DNA of 64,000 bases from an uncultured Oscillospiraceae bacterium (GCA_910589085.1 CAJUSG010000001.1:15708-79707), one strand, 5' to 3'; positions 1 to 8,079 are shown, numbered from the stretch's first letter. Numbers and translations are program-made. Notes: generated from the sequence alone by a model not told the origin.

Positions 1-1
1 G

Positions 2-313
2 TTTGTTGGCTTATTCCAAACTATGGACTATTTCAAAAGTAGTGCAACTCGCTTCCCGTTTGTTGTGGACTCGCCCCGAGCAAAAGAGGCCAGCCTTACG
101 AGTAGTAAGGATATTTTAAAAATGATAGCACAACTGGAAATGTTGCCGCAGATTATATTGGCGACAATTGATTTTGAAGATTTTAAAGATGAGATTAAAA
201 CACCGACCACTGTAATCACTTTAACAGAACAAAGAAAACTACTGCGTGATAGCGATTATACCGATAATGCTGATTATATTACGGCTATGGCAGAGTTGCT
301 TAAGAACCCATAA
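2..313 (+). CDS. C-terminal end of an SMC-like/ABC-type ATPase (partial; resembles Lamassu LmuB / ABC-3C ATPases)
   Basis: Open from window edge; Walker-B-like FPFVVDSP followed by QIILAT; clearly AT-richer than the flanking DNA. Confidence 0.55.
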   Translation, partial: FVGLFQTMDYFKSSATRFPFVVDSPRAKEASLTSSKDILKMIAQLEMLPQIILATIDFEDFKDEIKTPTTVITLTEQRKLLRDSDYTDNADYITAMAELLKNP

Positions 314-317
314 TTAT

Positions 318-354
318 AGGCAGCCCTATCTAACATGGTAGGGCTGCCTTCTTT
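318..354 (+). terminator. Intrinsic terminator after the ATPase gene
   Basis: aggcagccctat...gtagggctgcct hairpin followed by tcttt. Confidence 0.6.
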
Positions 355-392
355 GGATGCTACAGAATGCGACCTGCATCTTTTTTATCTAC

Positions 393-1664
393 ATAAGGAA
401 TTTGTTCAACGAATGGTATGTTCGGGACTCCAGCCGCAAGGTGCGGGCCGTTCTCAAGGCCAAGGCGGAACGCGGGGAACGGCTGGGCACAAGAGCGCCC
501 TATGGCTACAAAAAGGACGAAGCCGACAGCAAAAGGCTGGTGGTGGATGAGGAAGCCGCCGCAGTCGTGCGTCGTATCTTCGCCATGTGCGCCGCAGGCC
601 GTGGGCCGAGTCAGATTGCCCGAAAATTAAGCGAGGAACAGATTCTGTGCCCCACGACTTATGCCTATCGGAAGTTTGGGGTCGGTCATGTGTCGCTGGA
701 CTTGGAAAAGCCCTGTCATTGGACGGACAGCACGATTGCGAATATGCTGGAAAACGAACTCTATCTGGGCAATACCGTCAACATGAAATTCAGCAGCAAG
801 TCCTACAAGGACAAGCGGAAGGTGGAACACCCCAGAGAGGAATGTTTGGTGTTCGAGGGGACGCACCCCGCCTTGGTGACCCAGGAGGTCTGGGATATCG
901 TTCAGCGGGTACGGCAAAACCGGCGCCGCCCCACCAAGATGAACGAGCAGAACAAGTACTCCGGGCTGGTGGTGTGCGCGGACTGCGGATCCACGATGGT
1001 GCTGCACCGGGCGCACACGATGAAGCCCACCTGGAACAACTTCACCTGCCGCACCTACAAGAAAGAGGGGGCTGAAGTCTGCACCGCCCACTACATCCGG
1101 GAGTGTGTGCTGGACGAGGTGATCCTGGAGGATCTTAGACGGGTGACGGCGATGGCCAGGGAACACACCAGGGAGTTCGCGGAGTACATCGGCAGCAAGC
1201 AGTCCGCTGAAATCCAGCGGGAGATCCGCAGGCAGGAACGGGAACTGACCGCTATGCGGAAACGTGGAGCGGAGCTGGATGCCATCTTCAAAAAACTGTA
1301 CGAGGATCGGGTACTCGGCCATATCTCGGTGGAGCAGTTCCAGACGTTGTCCGGCGGCTACACAGAGGAGCAGACAAGACTGGCAGAGGAAATCCCAGCG
1401 AAGGAAGGTGCCATTCAGAAGCTGCGGGATACGGTTTCCAGCACCGAGGGTTTTATCGCCAAGGCCAAACGCTACACGGACATTACGGAGCTGACGCCGG
1501 AACTGCTGCGGCTGTTTATCCAGAAGATCGTGGTGCATGAGAAAAGCACAAAGTGGTCGAAGAAAGCCATGCAGACCGTGGAAATTCATTACACCGACAT
1601 TGGCTATATCGGCGGGGACATTCCGCAAGACAAAAAAAGCCCCCGGCAGGAAATCTCAGCGTGA
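393..1664 (+). pseudogene. TnpX-like large serine recombinase (recombinase, Zn-ribbon and DUF4368-like C-terminus) lacking its N-terminal catalytic domain
   Basis: Homology starts abruptly at IRNLFNEWYVRDSSRKVR; has APYGY, YLGNTV, CADCG and C-terminal IQKIVVHE...VEIHY; no resolvase domain or RBS upstream. Confidence 0.8.
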
Positions 1665-1806
1665 TTCCTGCCGGGGTGCTTCCCCGGATTTTAGATACCC
1701 CTGTCAGGGGTAGGCCAATCCGGCCCCCTGTTTTTCTATAACCCCGCCTTGCGTCCAGACAGCATGTTCACCACATCACTTTGTCAATAATAATACAAAA
1801 AACTGC

Positions 1807-1835
1807 TTGCGTATATGGTCGAAATAGTGTAAAAT
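1807..1835 (+). promoter_or_regulatory. Sigma-A promoter of leader copy 1
   Basis: TTGCGT-17nt-TAAAAT; 6 nt later ACGAGAC, the same spacing as in copy 2. Confidence 0.7.
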
Positions 1836-1857
1836 ATGCTTACGAGACAGCAGAAGC

Positions 1858-1952
1858 ATAAAAGGCAGGGCGTGAGGGAGTACCAGTCCCCCACACCCCT
1901 ATGCAGGAGGCACCTTAAGCCAGGTCCCACACAGCAGAAATTTTCTGCGCCC
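1858..1952 (-). ncRNA. Predicted cis-antisense sRNA, copy 1
   Basis: Downstream of a minus-strand TTGATT-17-TATAAT; three hairpins that pair fully only in this orientation; ends in GCCUUUUAU. Confidence 0.6.
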
Positions 1953-1959
1953 AAAGTCC

Positions 1960-1988
1960 ATTATAACGGTTTTCCCGGCAATAATCAA
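1960..1988 (-). promoter_or_regulatory. Internal antisense sigma-A promoter, copy 1
   Basis: TTGATT (1988-1983), 17 nt, TATAAT (1965-1960). Confidence 0.7.
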
Positions 1989-2021
1989 TGGGGAAATCAA
2001 TGGCTTGTGTGCGTAGCTTCG

Positions 2022-2063
2022 GCGGTGTAGGGATTTATACCCCTGCGCCGCTTTTGTTGTCTT
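2022..2063 (+). terminator. Leader terminator upstream of the SLH gene
   Basis: gcggtgtaggg/ccctgcgccgc stem followed by ttttgttgtctt. Confidence 0.7.
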
Positions 2064-2158
2064 GATGGGAATGCCTACGGGGGCCGGGAAGTCCCACCCC
2101 CAAGGGTAAGTCCCATTAAGACAGGGGAAACCCTTATAAAAACGAAGGAGAGAACAAT

Positions 2159-3334
2159 ATGAGGAAAAAAGTTTTATCCCTTGCGCTGGCCCTTGTGATG
2201 TGCCTGGGCCTGACTGTCCCGGCATTTGCAGTAGCGTCAGATTGGAAACTGGAGGTGCCCGGCAAAACCGATGCTGAGGTGTTGTTGGACGAAAGAACAT
2301 TTATCGTCCGCGATTGGGACAGCGACCCAAATTCCGGGGACATGACCAGAACAGACAGCCGCCAGTGGACAGTGGAAAATGTGTACGTACTGTCAAAGGG
2401 TGATACAGCGGTAATTACCAGTGGAGAGCCGTTCATGCATCTCGGTTTTAGTGTGTGGTCGGATCCAGATGGGGACGGCGTGTATGATAGCCGACTGATG
2501 GATGTTTCGTCGGGGGAGATTCTACCGGCCAATGTTGCCGAACCTGTGCGTTTTGGCCCTATCTATTCTGAGGAAACTGGTGAGGAGATTGATTGGAGTG
2601 GGCCGTATGCTAACGACCTCAACCTTTACTTTTCCTCGGATGGAGAGGCATGGGTTGATGCCGGGGGAGGTATGGTTCCAGAGATAACAAGAGGCCAGGT
2701 GTCTGCCGACTATCTGCTGGAAGCGTTTGGCCCCAATACCCTTGTAAGAATTGAATGGAAAGACTGGAGCTGTGCCATTCTCGTGGAAGGTAATACCACC
2801 CAGCCCACAGTTCCCACCGTAGGCGGCTTCACCGACGTGAAGAAGACCGACTGGTTTGCCGAGCCGGTGCTGTGGGCGGTGGAGAAGAACATTACCGCAG
2901 GAACCTCCGACACAACCTTTTCTCCCAATGCGGACTGCACCACAGCGCAGATTTTGTCCTTCCTCTGGCGTGCCAACGGCTCCCCCAAGCCCACGATGGT
3001 CAATCCCTTCTCCGATGTGAAGAGCGGCGACTGGTACGCAGACGCCGCCGCCTGGGCCTATGAAAAGGGTTTGGTTTCCGGCACTGCCTTTGGCGGAGAT
3101 ACCCTCTGCACCCGGAGCATGGCGGTGACCTATATGTGGAAGGCCGCCGGCAGTCCCAGCGCCAGGGCCGCCAGCTTTACGGACGTCTCCGCCGGAGCGG
3201 AATATGCCGATGCCGTGGCCTGGGCCGTGGAGCAGGGTGTGACCGCCGGCACCTCTGCCACCACCTTCTCCCCGGACAGCGTCTGCACCCGCGGACAGAT
3301 CGTGTCCTTCCTCTACCGGGGACTGGAAAAATAA
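2159..3334 (+). CDS. Secreted S-layer homology (SLH) domain protein
   Basis: Signal peptide MRKKVLSLALALVMCLGLTVPAFA; three C-terminal SLH repeats (FTDV...WAVE...TRGQIVSFLYR); RBS aaggag. Confidence 0.9.
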   Translation: MRKKVLSLALALVMCLGLTVPAFAVASDWKLEVPGKTDAEVLLDERTFIVRDWDSDPNSGDMTRTDSRQWTVENVYVLSKGDTAVITSGEPFMHLGFSVWSDPDGDGVYDSRLMDVSSGEILPANVAEPVRFGPIYSEETGEEIDWSGPYANDLNLYFSSDGEAWVDAGGGMVPEITRGQVSADYLLEAFGPNTLVRIEWKDWSCAILVEGNTTQPTVPTVGGFTDVKKTDWFAEPVLWAVEKNITAGTSDTTFSPNADCTTAQILSFLWRANGSPKPTMVNPFSDVKSGDWYADAAAWAYEKGLVSGTAFGGDTLCTRSMAVTYMWKAAGSPSARAASFTDVSAGAEYADAVAWAVEQGVTAGTSATTFSPDSVCTRGQIVSFLYRGLEK

Positions 3335-3381
3335 GATGGAATTTTAGAGATTGACAGAGGAAAATTTATCCCGGAAACCTC

Positions 3382-3411
3382 TTGACAACGACATGGGGAA
3401 TGTGGTAATAT
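3382..3411 (+). promoter_or_regulatory. Sigma-A promoter of the oadB operon
   Basis: TTGACA-18-TAATAT with TGn extension. Confidence 0.55.
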
Positions 3412-3421
3412 GCCCCATGCA

Positions 3422-3526
3422 ACAAAGGGGAGTAGTCGGCGCGCCTTTCCCGGCGCGCGGCGCCAGTCAACAAGCATGTGCGGTCCATGAGGCCGCTCTG
3501 GCTGTGCCTGAAATGACCAGACCTGC
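3422..3526 (+). ncRNA. yybP-ykoY (Mn2+)-like riboswitch
   Basis: AAAGGGGAGUAG...GUCAACA...CUGGC...CAGACCU motifs; the P1 3' strand overlaps the terminator. Confidence 0.75.
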
Positions 3527-3556
3527 GTTCCGATTTTCGGAGCGCAGGTCTTTTTT
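3519..3556 (+). terminator. Riboswitch expression-platform terminator
   Basis: agacctgcgttccga/tcggagcgcaggtct followed by a T-run. Confidence 0.8.
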
Positions 3557-3606
3557 AATAAATATTTTCTTGCAGGAAAAGATAATGGAAAAAAGGAAGT
3601 GCAAAT

Positions 3607-4752
3607 ATGGATTTTTCGTTTTTATGGGCTGGGATTATGTCTGTGACCTGGCAGCAGCTGGTGATGTATGTCATCGGCGGACTGCTCATCTATCTGGCCA
3701 TCGAAAAGGGCTTCGAGCCAGCCCTGCTCATGCCAATGGGATTTGGGGCTATTTTGGTAAATCTGCCCCTGTCCGGGGTGATCGACCAGTTCAGCGCCGG
3801 AGTGGGGGAGACCCATGGGATCATCCAGTGGCTTTTTGAGATTGGGATCGAGAGCAGTGAGGCCATGCCCCTGTTGTTGTTTATCGGCATCGGGGCCATG
3901 ATCGACTTCGGCCCCCTGCTGGCCAACCCCAAGCTGTTTTTGTGCGGCGCTGCGGCCCAGGCGGGCATTTTTCTCACAATAATTATCGCTGTGATGCTGG
4001 GGTTTGACCTGAAGGATGCCGCCTCTATTGGCATTATCGGAGCGGCCGACGGCCCTACATCCCTGCTGGTGTCTCAGACGCTGCGATCCAACTATGTGGG
4101 GGCTATCGCCGTGGCGGCATACTCCTATATGGCTCTGGTGCCGATCATTCAGCCCTTTGCCATCAAGCTGGCCACTACCAAAAAGGACCGGGCCATGCGC
4201 ATGTCCTACAGACCTCAGGGGGTTACCCGGCGGATTCGGATCCTGTTTCCCATCCTGGTAACGGTGGTGGCCGGACTGGTGGCTCCCGCTTCGGTGGCGC
4301 TGGTGGGCTTCCTGATGTTCGGCAATCTGATTCGGGAGTGCGGTGTGCTGCCCACCCTGTGCAGCACCGCCCAGAATGATCTGGCCAACCTGATTACCCT
4401 GCTGCTGGGCCTCACCATTTCCTTCTCCATGAAGGCAGAGCAGTTTATCAGGTGGGAGACATTTGTCATTATGTGTCTGGGACTGGTGGCTTTTGTGCTG
4501 GATTCCGTGGTGGGCATTCTCTTTGTGAAGGTGCTGAACATCTTCACACCCAGCGACAAAATTAACCCCATGGTGGGTGCGGCGGGAATCTCGGCCTTTC
4601 CCATGTCCTCCCGGGTGATTGAGAAGCTGGGGCAGGAGGCCGACCCTCAGAACCATCTGCTGATGTATGCGATTGCCGCCAATGTGTCCGGGCAGATCGC
4701 TTCCGTGGTGGCGGGCGGCGTGGTGCTGCAATACTTTACCAATATGGGCTGA
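3607..4752 (+). CDS. oadB: Na+-translocating decarboxylase beta subunit
   Basis: FEPALL, GIGAMIDFGPL, IGIIGAADGPT, AAYSYMALVPIIQP, SAFPMSSRV motifs. Confidence 0.92.
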   Translation: MDFSFLWAGIMSVTWQQLVMYVIGGLLIYLAIEKGFEPALLMPMGFGAILVNLPLSGVIDQFSAGVGETHGIIQWLFEIGIESSEAMPLLLFIGIGAMIDFGPLLANPKLFLCGAAAQAGIFLTIIIAVMLGFDLKDAASIGIIGAADGPTSLLVSQTLRSNYVGAIAVAAYSYMALVPIIQPFAIKLATTKKDRAMRMSYRPQGVTRRIRILFPILVTVVAGLVAPASVALVGFLMFGNLIRECGVLPTLCSTAQNDLANLITLLLGLTISFSMKAEQFIRWETFVIMCLGLVAFVLDSVVGILFVKVLNIFTPSDKINPMVGAAGISAFPMSSRVIEKLGQEADPQNHLLMYAIAANVSGQIASVVAGGVVLQYFTNMG

Positions 4753-4767
4753 TATTAGGAGGATACA

Positions 4768-4893
4768 ATGAGTGAAAATTTGATTCGGGCTCTGGAGATG
4801 CTGGGACAGGGAATGCTGGGCATTTTTGTTGTTCTGGGCGGGATCGCACTGCTTATGGTCCTGCTGCAGAAGCTGGATGGCAAAAACAAATGA
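4768..4893 (+). CDS. OadG-related small membrane subunit (41 aa)
   Basis: RBS aggagg; MSENLIRALEMLGQGMLGIFVVLGGIALLMVLLQKLDGKNK, one TM helix, directly after oadB; too short for the ORF track. Confidence 0.8.
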   Translation: MSENLIRALEMLGQGMLGIFVVLGGIALLMVLLQKLDGKNK

Positions 4894-4913
4894 AGATGGC
4901 GCTGGAGACGCGC

Positions 4914-5180
4914 TTAGAGCCAGTCTGCCACAACATCGGCCAGTCCGGCAGGGCCTACGGTGTTGTCTACCAGTAAGGTCATCAGTTCGTCAATGCGGGC
5001 TGCGCTGGTAGTGACGCCAGAGAGGGAGCTCTCATCGCCCAATTCCTCAGCGATGCGCACTCCATAGTTTTCGCAGAAGAGGCGGGGCGTTTCTTCCTGG
5101 TCGATGGTAAGGTAGTAGTGGAAGCGGCGCTGTTGTCCTTTTTGATCCAGGCACTGACGCGTAGCAATCTTGATTTCCAT
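4914..5180 (-). CDS. Small conserved clostridial protein (DUF6514-like)
   Basis: RBS gaaaggag; ENYGVRI...GVTTS...L..NTVGP..L.DVVADWL pattern. Confidence 0.7.
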   Translation of the reverse strand: MEIKIATRQCLDQKGQQRRFHYYLTIDQEETPRLFCENYGVRIAEELGDESSLSGVTTSAARIDELMTLLVDNTVGPAGLADVVADWL

Positions 5181-5364
5181 GATATAGTGTCTCCTTTCTG
5201 CTAATCGAGATGATGGACACATTATATAGTGTTTGCCTCGAATGGGAAAGAGAAAGATATCGCAGGAAAACAAGCCAAGCGACGCTCTTCGCCAAAGACT
5301 TGGACGAGGGATGTTGGATAGGGTCGCAGGATGAGGAAGGCAAGGGAAAATTTCAGAGATCGAC

Positions 5365-5403
5365 AAAAATACCTGTAAAGGGGTTTCCTTTACAGGTATT
5401 TTT
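5365..5403. terminator. Bidirectional terminator
   Basis: aaaaatacctgtaaagg/cctttacaggtattttt. Confidence 0.75.
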
Positions 5404-5419
5404 GCCGGGACCGGAGGTC

Positions 5420-5632
5420 CTACATCTGAAAATCTTCGTCCCGCAGAGACATACCGGCCAGCTTGGCGGGCCGGGGGGGGACCCGTTTTAAAGGGTCGTA
5501 CCGGAAGGCCTCGCAGTGAGAACCAGCGGACATGACCCCTTTTTTCGAGCAGACTACCTGTCCCGGATTCAGGTCCCGGCCACGGGAACAGTAGGCACAG
5601 CGAGGCTCAATGGATTTTTGAAAGAGATTGAT
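5420..5632 (-). CDS. Cys-rich 70-aa hypothetical protein, probable ATC start
   Basis: INLFQKSIEPRCAYCSRG...C...HC..FRYDPLKRVPP...EDFQM*; SD GGGAGTG 7 nt upstream; own promoter and terminator. Confidence 0.65.
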   Translation of the reverse strand: MNLFQKSIEPRCAYCSRGRDLNPGQVVCSKKGVMSAGSHCEAFRYDPLKRVPPRPAKLAGMSLRDEDFQM

Positions 5633-5688
5633 AGCGAACCACTCCCTGTACTGCCGGATAACTGAGGTTGCCTCCGGCTTTTTTCATA

Positions 5689-6870
5689 TTATACTACATT
5701 CCTCCGGCCTTTTCCACTGTTTTTTTGTACCACATAGACCGTCAGGGCTAAAAATACCAGCCATACTCCCCAGGCGGCTACAGCGGACAGGGTAATGGCC
5801 TGGTGGAAATCCAGTTGGGCGATAGCCTCAGTCTGCTCCGCCAGGTAGAAGGAGGCGGGGCTGCTCAGGGGGATCATGCGGAAAAGCAGGGCGGCTAAAG
5901 CGGCGGAGAGGCCGCCATGGAGGAGCTTTCCCAATACATAGGTGCGGACAGACAGGCCGCTGTCCCCCAGGAAGGCCAGCACCTGGCAGTGGACAGATAC
6001 ACCCGCCCAGCCCAGCATGAAGGCGGCCATAGACAGCCGTCCGGAGAGCGTTCCGTTTGTAAGGGAGGATACCCCGGAGGATACCTCCACCAGCCCGGTG
6101 AGCAGCCGCTCCGCCCAGGTCTGATCCATCCCCAGGGGGGTCAGCAGGGAGGACAGCAGTCTGGCCAATGTGCTTAAAATCCCCGCGTACGCCAGGATTC
6201 GCAGAAAAACGGTAAAAAATAGAATGAATGCACAGATGTTCAGTGTAGAATGGAGGGCTCCGATGATGGAGCTGGTAAAGGCTTTGGGAAAGCTGGCGGC
6301 CTGGAACTGGGGGCCCCGGTTTTTCCTGGTCTGGGGGCGGTCACCGGGCCTGTAGAACCGGAACAGGACCCCCACCAGCAGAGAGGCCAACAGATGGACC
6401 AGATACAGAAGCAGTCCGGCCTTGCCGCTGCCGAACACCCCGGTTCCCACTACACCCAGAATAAAAGCCGGGCCGCTGTTGTTGCAGAAGGCCAGCATAC
6501 GTTCCGCCTCGGTCCGGGAGCACTGGCCATTTTCATAGATCTCGATGGCGGTTCGGGCCCCCACAGGGTAGCCTCCCACAAAGCCCAGGGCCAGGGCGGC
6601 GGCGCAGCTGCCGTTTACCCGAAAGAGAGGGGCCATCACCGGCTCCAGAAGCCGCCCCAGGTATCGTGACATCCCCAGCTCCACCACCAGCGAGGAGAGC
6701 ACAAAAAAGGGAAACAGGGAGGGGAGGATAACATTGCCGCATAGCTTCAGGCCGTCCCGCATGGCCTCCATGGCCTGTTCGGGCCACAGCACCAGAGCCA
6801 GTGTGGCCCAGAGCAGCCCTGCGCCCAACAGGATATCCCGATATTGTGCTTTACCGACAATCCGTCCCAT
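5689..6870 (-). CDS. ylbJ: Sporulation integral membrane protein YlbJ
   Basis: ILPSLFPFFVLS, GGYPVGA, FCNNSGPAFILG, GVSVHCQ motifs. Confidence 0.85.
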   Translation of the reverse strand: MGRIVGKAQYRDILLGAGLLWATLALVLWPEQAMEAMRDGLKLCGNVILPSLFPFFVLSSLVVELGMSRYLGRLLEPVMAPLFRVNGSCAAALALGFVGGYPVGARTAIEIYENGQCSRTEAERMLAFCNNSGPAFILGVVGTGVFGSGKAGLLLYLVHLLASLLVGVLFRFYRPGDRPQTRKNRGPQFQAASFPKAFTSSIIGALHSTLNICAFILFFTVFLRILAYAGILSTLARLLSSLLTPLGMDQTWAERLLTGLVEVSSGVSSLTNGTLSGRLSMAAFMLGWAGVSVHCQVLAFLGDSGLSVRTYVLGKLLHGGLSAALAALLFRMIPLSSPASFYLAEQTEAIAQLDFHQAITLSAVAAWGVWLVFLALTVYVVQKNSGKGRRNVV

Positions 6871-6938
6871 ATCAGCACACCTCCCTGAATGAAATTCCTC
6901 TGAGATGATATGCGGAAAAGGAGGGATTCTTGCCTGTC

Positions 6939-6980
6939 CAAAACTGCGGCGGGTGATTATTTCATCACCCGCCGCAGACT
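6939..6980 (-). terminator. Terminator of the secreted-protein gene
   Basis: ctgcggcgggtga/tcacccgccgcag with a T-run on the minus strand. Confidence 0.7.
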
Positions 6981-6991
6981 TTTATATTCGC

Positions 6992-7885
6992 TTACTCAGT
7001 GTAAGGCTTGTCAGACTCAATAAAGACGCCCTGACTGCCGCTCCAGCCGACATTGAAGCCCAGGGCCGCACCCAGGTCACGGAGCTTGAAATAGTTGTAG
7101 CCGCCGCCGGCGTCGTCCAGCAGCGTGATGGCTGTCATCTCCACAGCGCTTCCGTTGACCTGAATAGACTGGATGCCGCCGGTATAGGCCCGGTCCCCGG
7201 AGTAGGGGGTGGTCATTTCGCTGCCGCCAGCCTGATAGGCCTCGCCGGTGCGGACGGAGATGGATTTACTGGTATTGTCGTAGCCTACCGAGAACTGCGC
7301 CTCGGTGCCATTGAGGATGTAGGCCATATCACGCAGCTTAATGTAATTGGTGCCGTTGCCCTTCTCGTCCAGCAGAGCGTACATCTGGAACTCCACCGCC
7401 TTGCCGTCTACCGTCACCGTCTGGGTACTGGCCACGGCGGTGCCGCTGGCGGGAATGGCGGGCTGTGCTTCGGAAGGGGCGCCGGTTCCCTCTTTAATCT
7501 CAATCTGGCACTGGTCGTAGTATGCATCTTCGCCTGCCCAGAAGAAATCTACATAGTAGAAGCCGGGCTCAGTCAGGGCGATCTCCGTCTCACTGCCATT
7601 CAGAGAGGTCCTGTCTCCCTCCATATAGCCGTTGTCTTTGCCATATTCCACAAGAGCATACTCCGCGGTCACTGAGATTTTTACCGGAGCGGCGCAGGTC
7701 AGGAGGGGCCAGGCGCCTCCGTCTTCCGGATGGAACAGATCGACGCCTAAGGTATCTTCCAAGACATTTGTGACGCAATAACGGTCATTTTGATAGGTGT
7801 AGGGCACACTATCTGCCAGGGCGGGGATACTCAGCCCCAGGCACATGACCAGGGCCAGCGCAAGGGAAAGGGCTTTTGTTTTCAT
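6992..7885 (-). CDS. Secreted protein with C-terminal copper-amine-oxidase-N/stalk-like repeats
   Basis: Signal peptide MKTKALSLALALVMCLGLSIPALA; repeats NYIKLRDMA / NYFKLRDLG; RBS gagagga. Confidence 0.8.
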   Translation of the reverse strand: MKTKALSLALALVMCLGLSIPALADSVPYTYQNDRYCVTNVLEDTLGVDLFHPEDGGAWPLLTCAAPVKISVTAEYALVEYGKDNGYMEGDRTSLNGSETEIALTEPGFYYVDFFWAGEDAYYDQCQIEIKEGTGAPSEAQPAIPASGTAVASTQTVTVDGKAVEFQMYALLDEKGNGTNYIKLRDMAYILNGTEAQFSVGYDNTSKSISVRTGEAYQAGGSEMTTPYSGDRAYTGGIQSIQVNGSAVEMTAITLLDDAGGGYNYFKLRDLGAALGFNVGWSGSQGVFIESDKPYTE

Positions 7886-8043
7886 GGATTTCTTCCTCTC
7901 TTTTATTTTCTCAGCGGCACGTGTCCCCGGAGGAGCTTCGCAATATCCTCCGGGGGCGTTTTCCGCCGAGACAAACAAAAGCGGTGCAGGATAATAGTAC
8001 CCCACACCGCAACCATTCGAACACAAACCCCAAAAACCGCCTC

Positions 8044-8072
8044 TTGTAAAATGGCGGCAATTCGATTATAAT
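8044..8072 (+). promoter_or_regulatory. Internal antisense sigma-A promoter, copy 2
   Basis: TTGTAA (8044-8049), 17 nt, TATAAT (8067-8072). Confidence 0.7.
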
Positions 8073-8079
8073 GGGGGCT

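Larger units (their letters stand above)
1..1712. mobile_element. Right end of an integrative element (serine recombinase type) with a nested AT-rich insertion
   Basis: Recombinase at element end, composition shift near 390, orphan half-hairpin after 1712. Confidence 0.55.
1842..2158 (+). ncRNA. Conserved structured 5' leader (attenuator candidate), copy 1
   Basis: Colinear conserved blocks shared with 7886-8172(-); terminator 2022-2063; alternative pairings 1843-1857/2050-2064 and 2059-2070/2111-2122. Confidence 0.7.

Noticed and set aside
357..392. ORF-track start for an intact recombinase
   Set aside because: No RBS, the first residues are non-homologous, and the catalytic domain is missing
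1842..2158. Leader as a known riboswitch (c-di-GMP, c-di-AMP/ydaO, T-box, raiA)
   Set aside because: Hallmark motifs are not visible (no GCAAA, no T-box UGGnACC); an Rfam scan is still needed
3351..3839. 162-aa ORF
   Set aside because: Overlaps the promoter, the riboswitch and oadB in another frame
5607..5687. 26-codon ORF MKKAGG... as the real gene
   Set aside because: Its ATG directly follows the -10 box and so lies upstream of the expected TSS; no SD
7886..8026. N-terminal extension of the secreted protein from the ORF track
   Set aside because: The RBS and signal peptide start at 7885; the extension runs through the leader terminator
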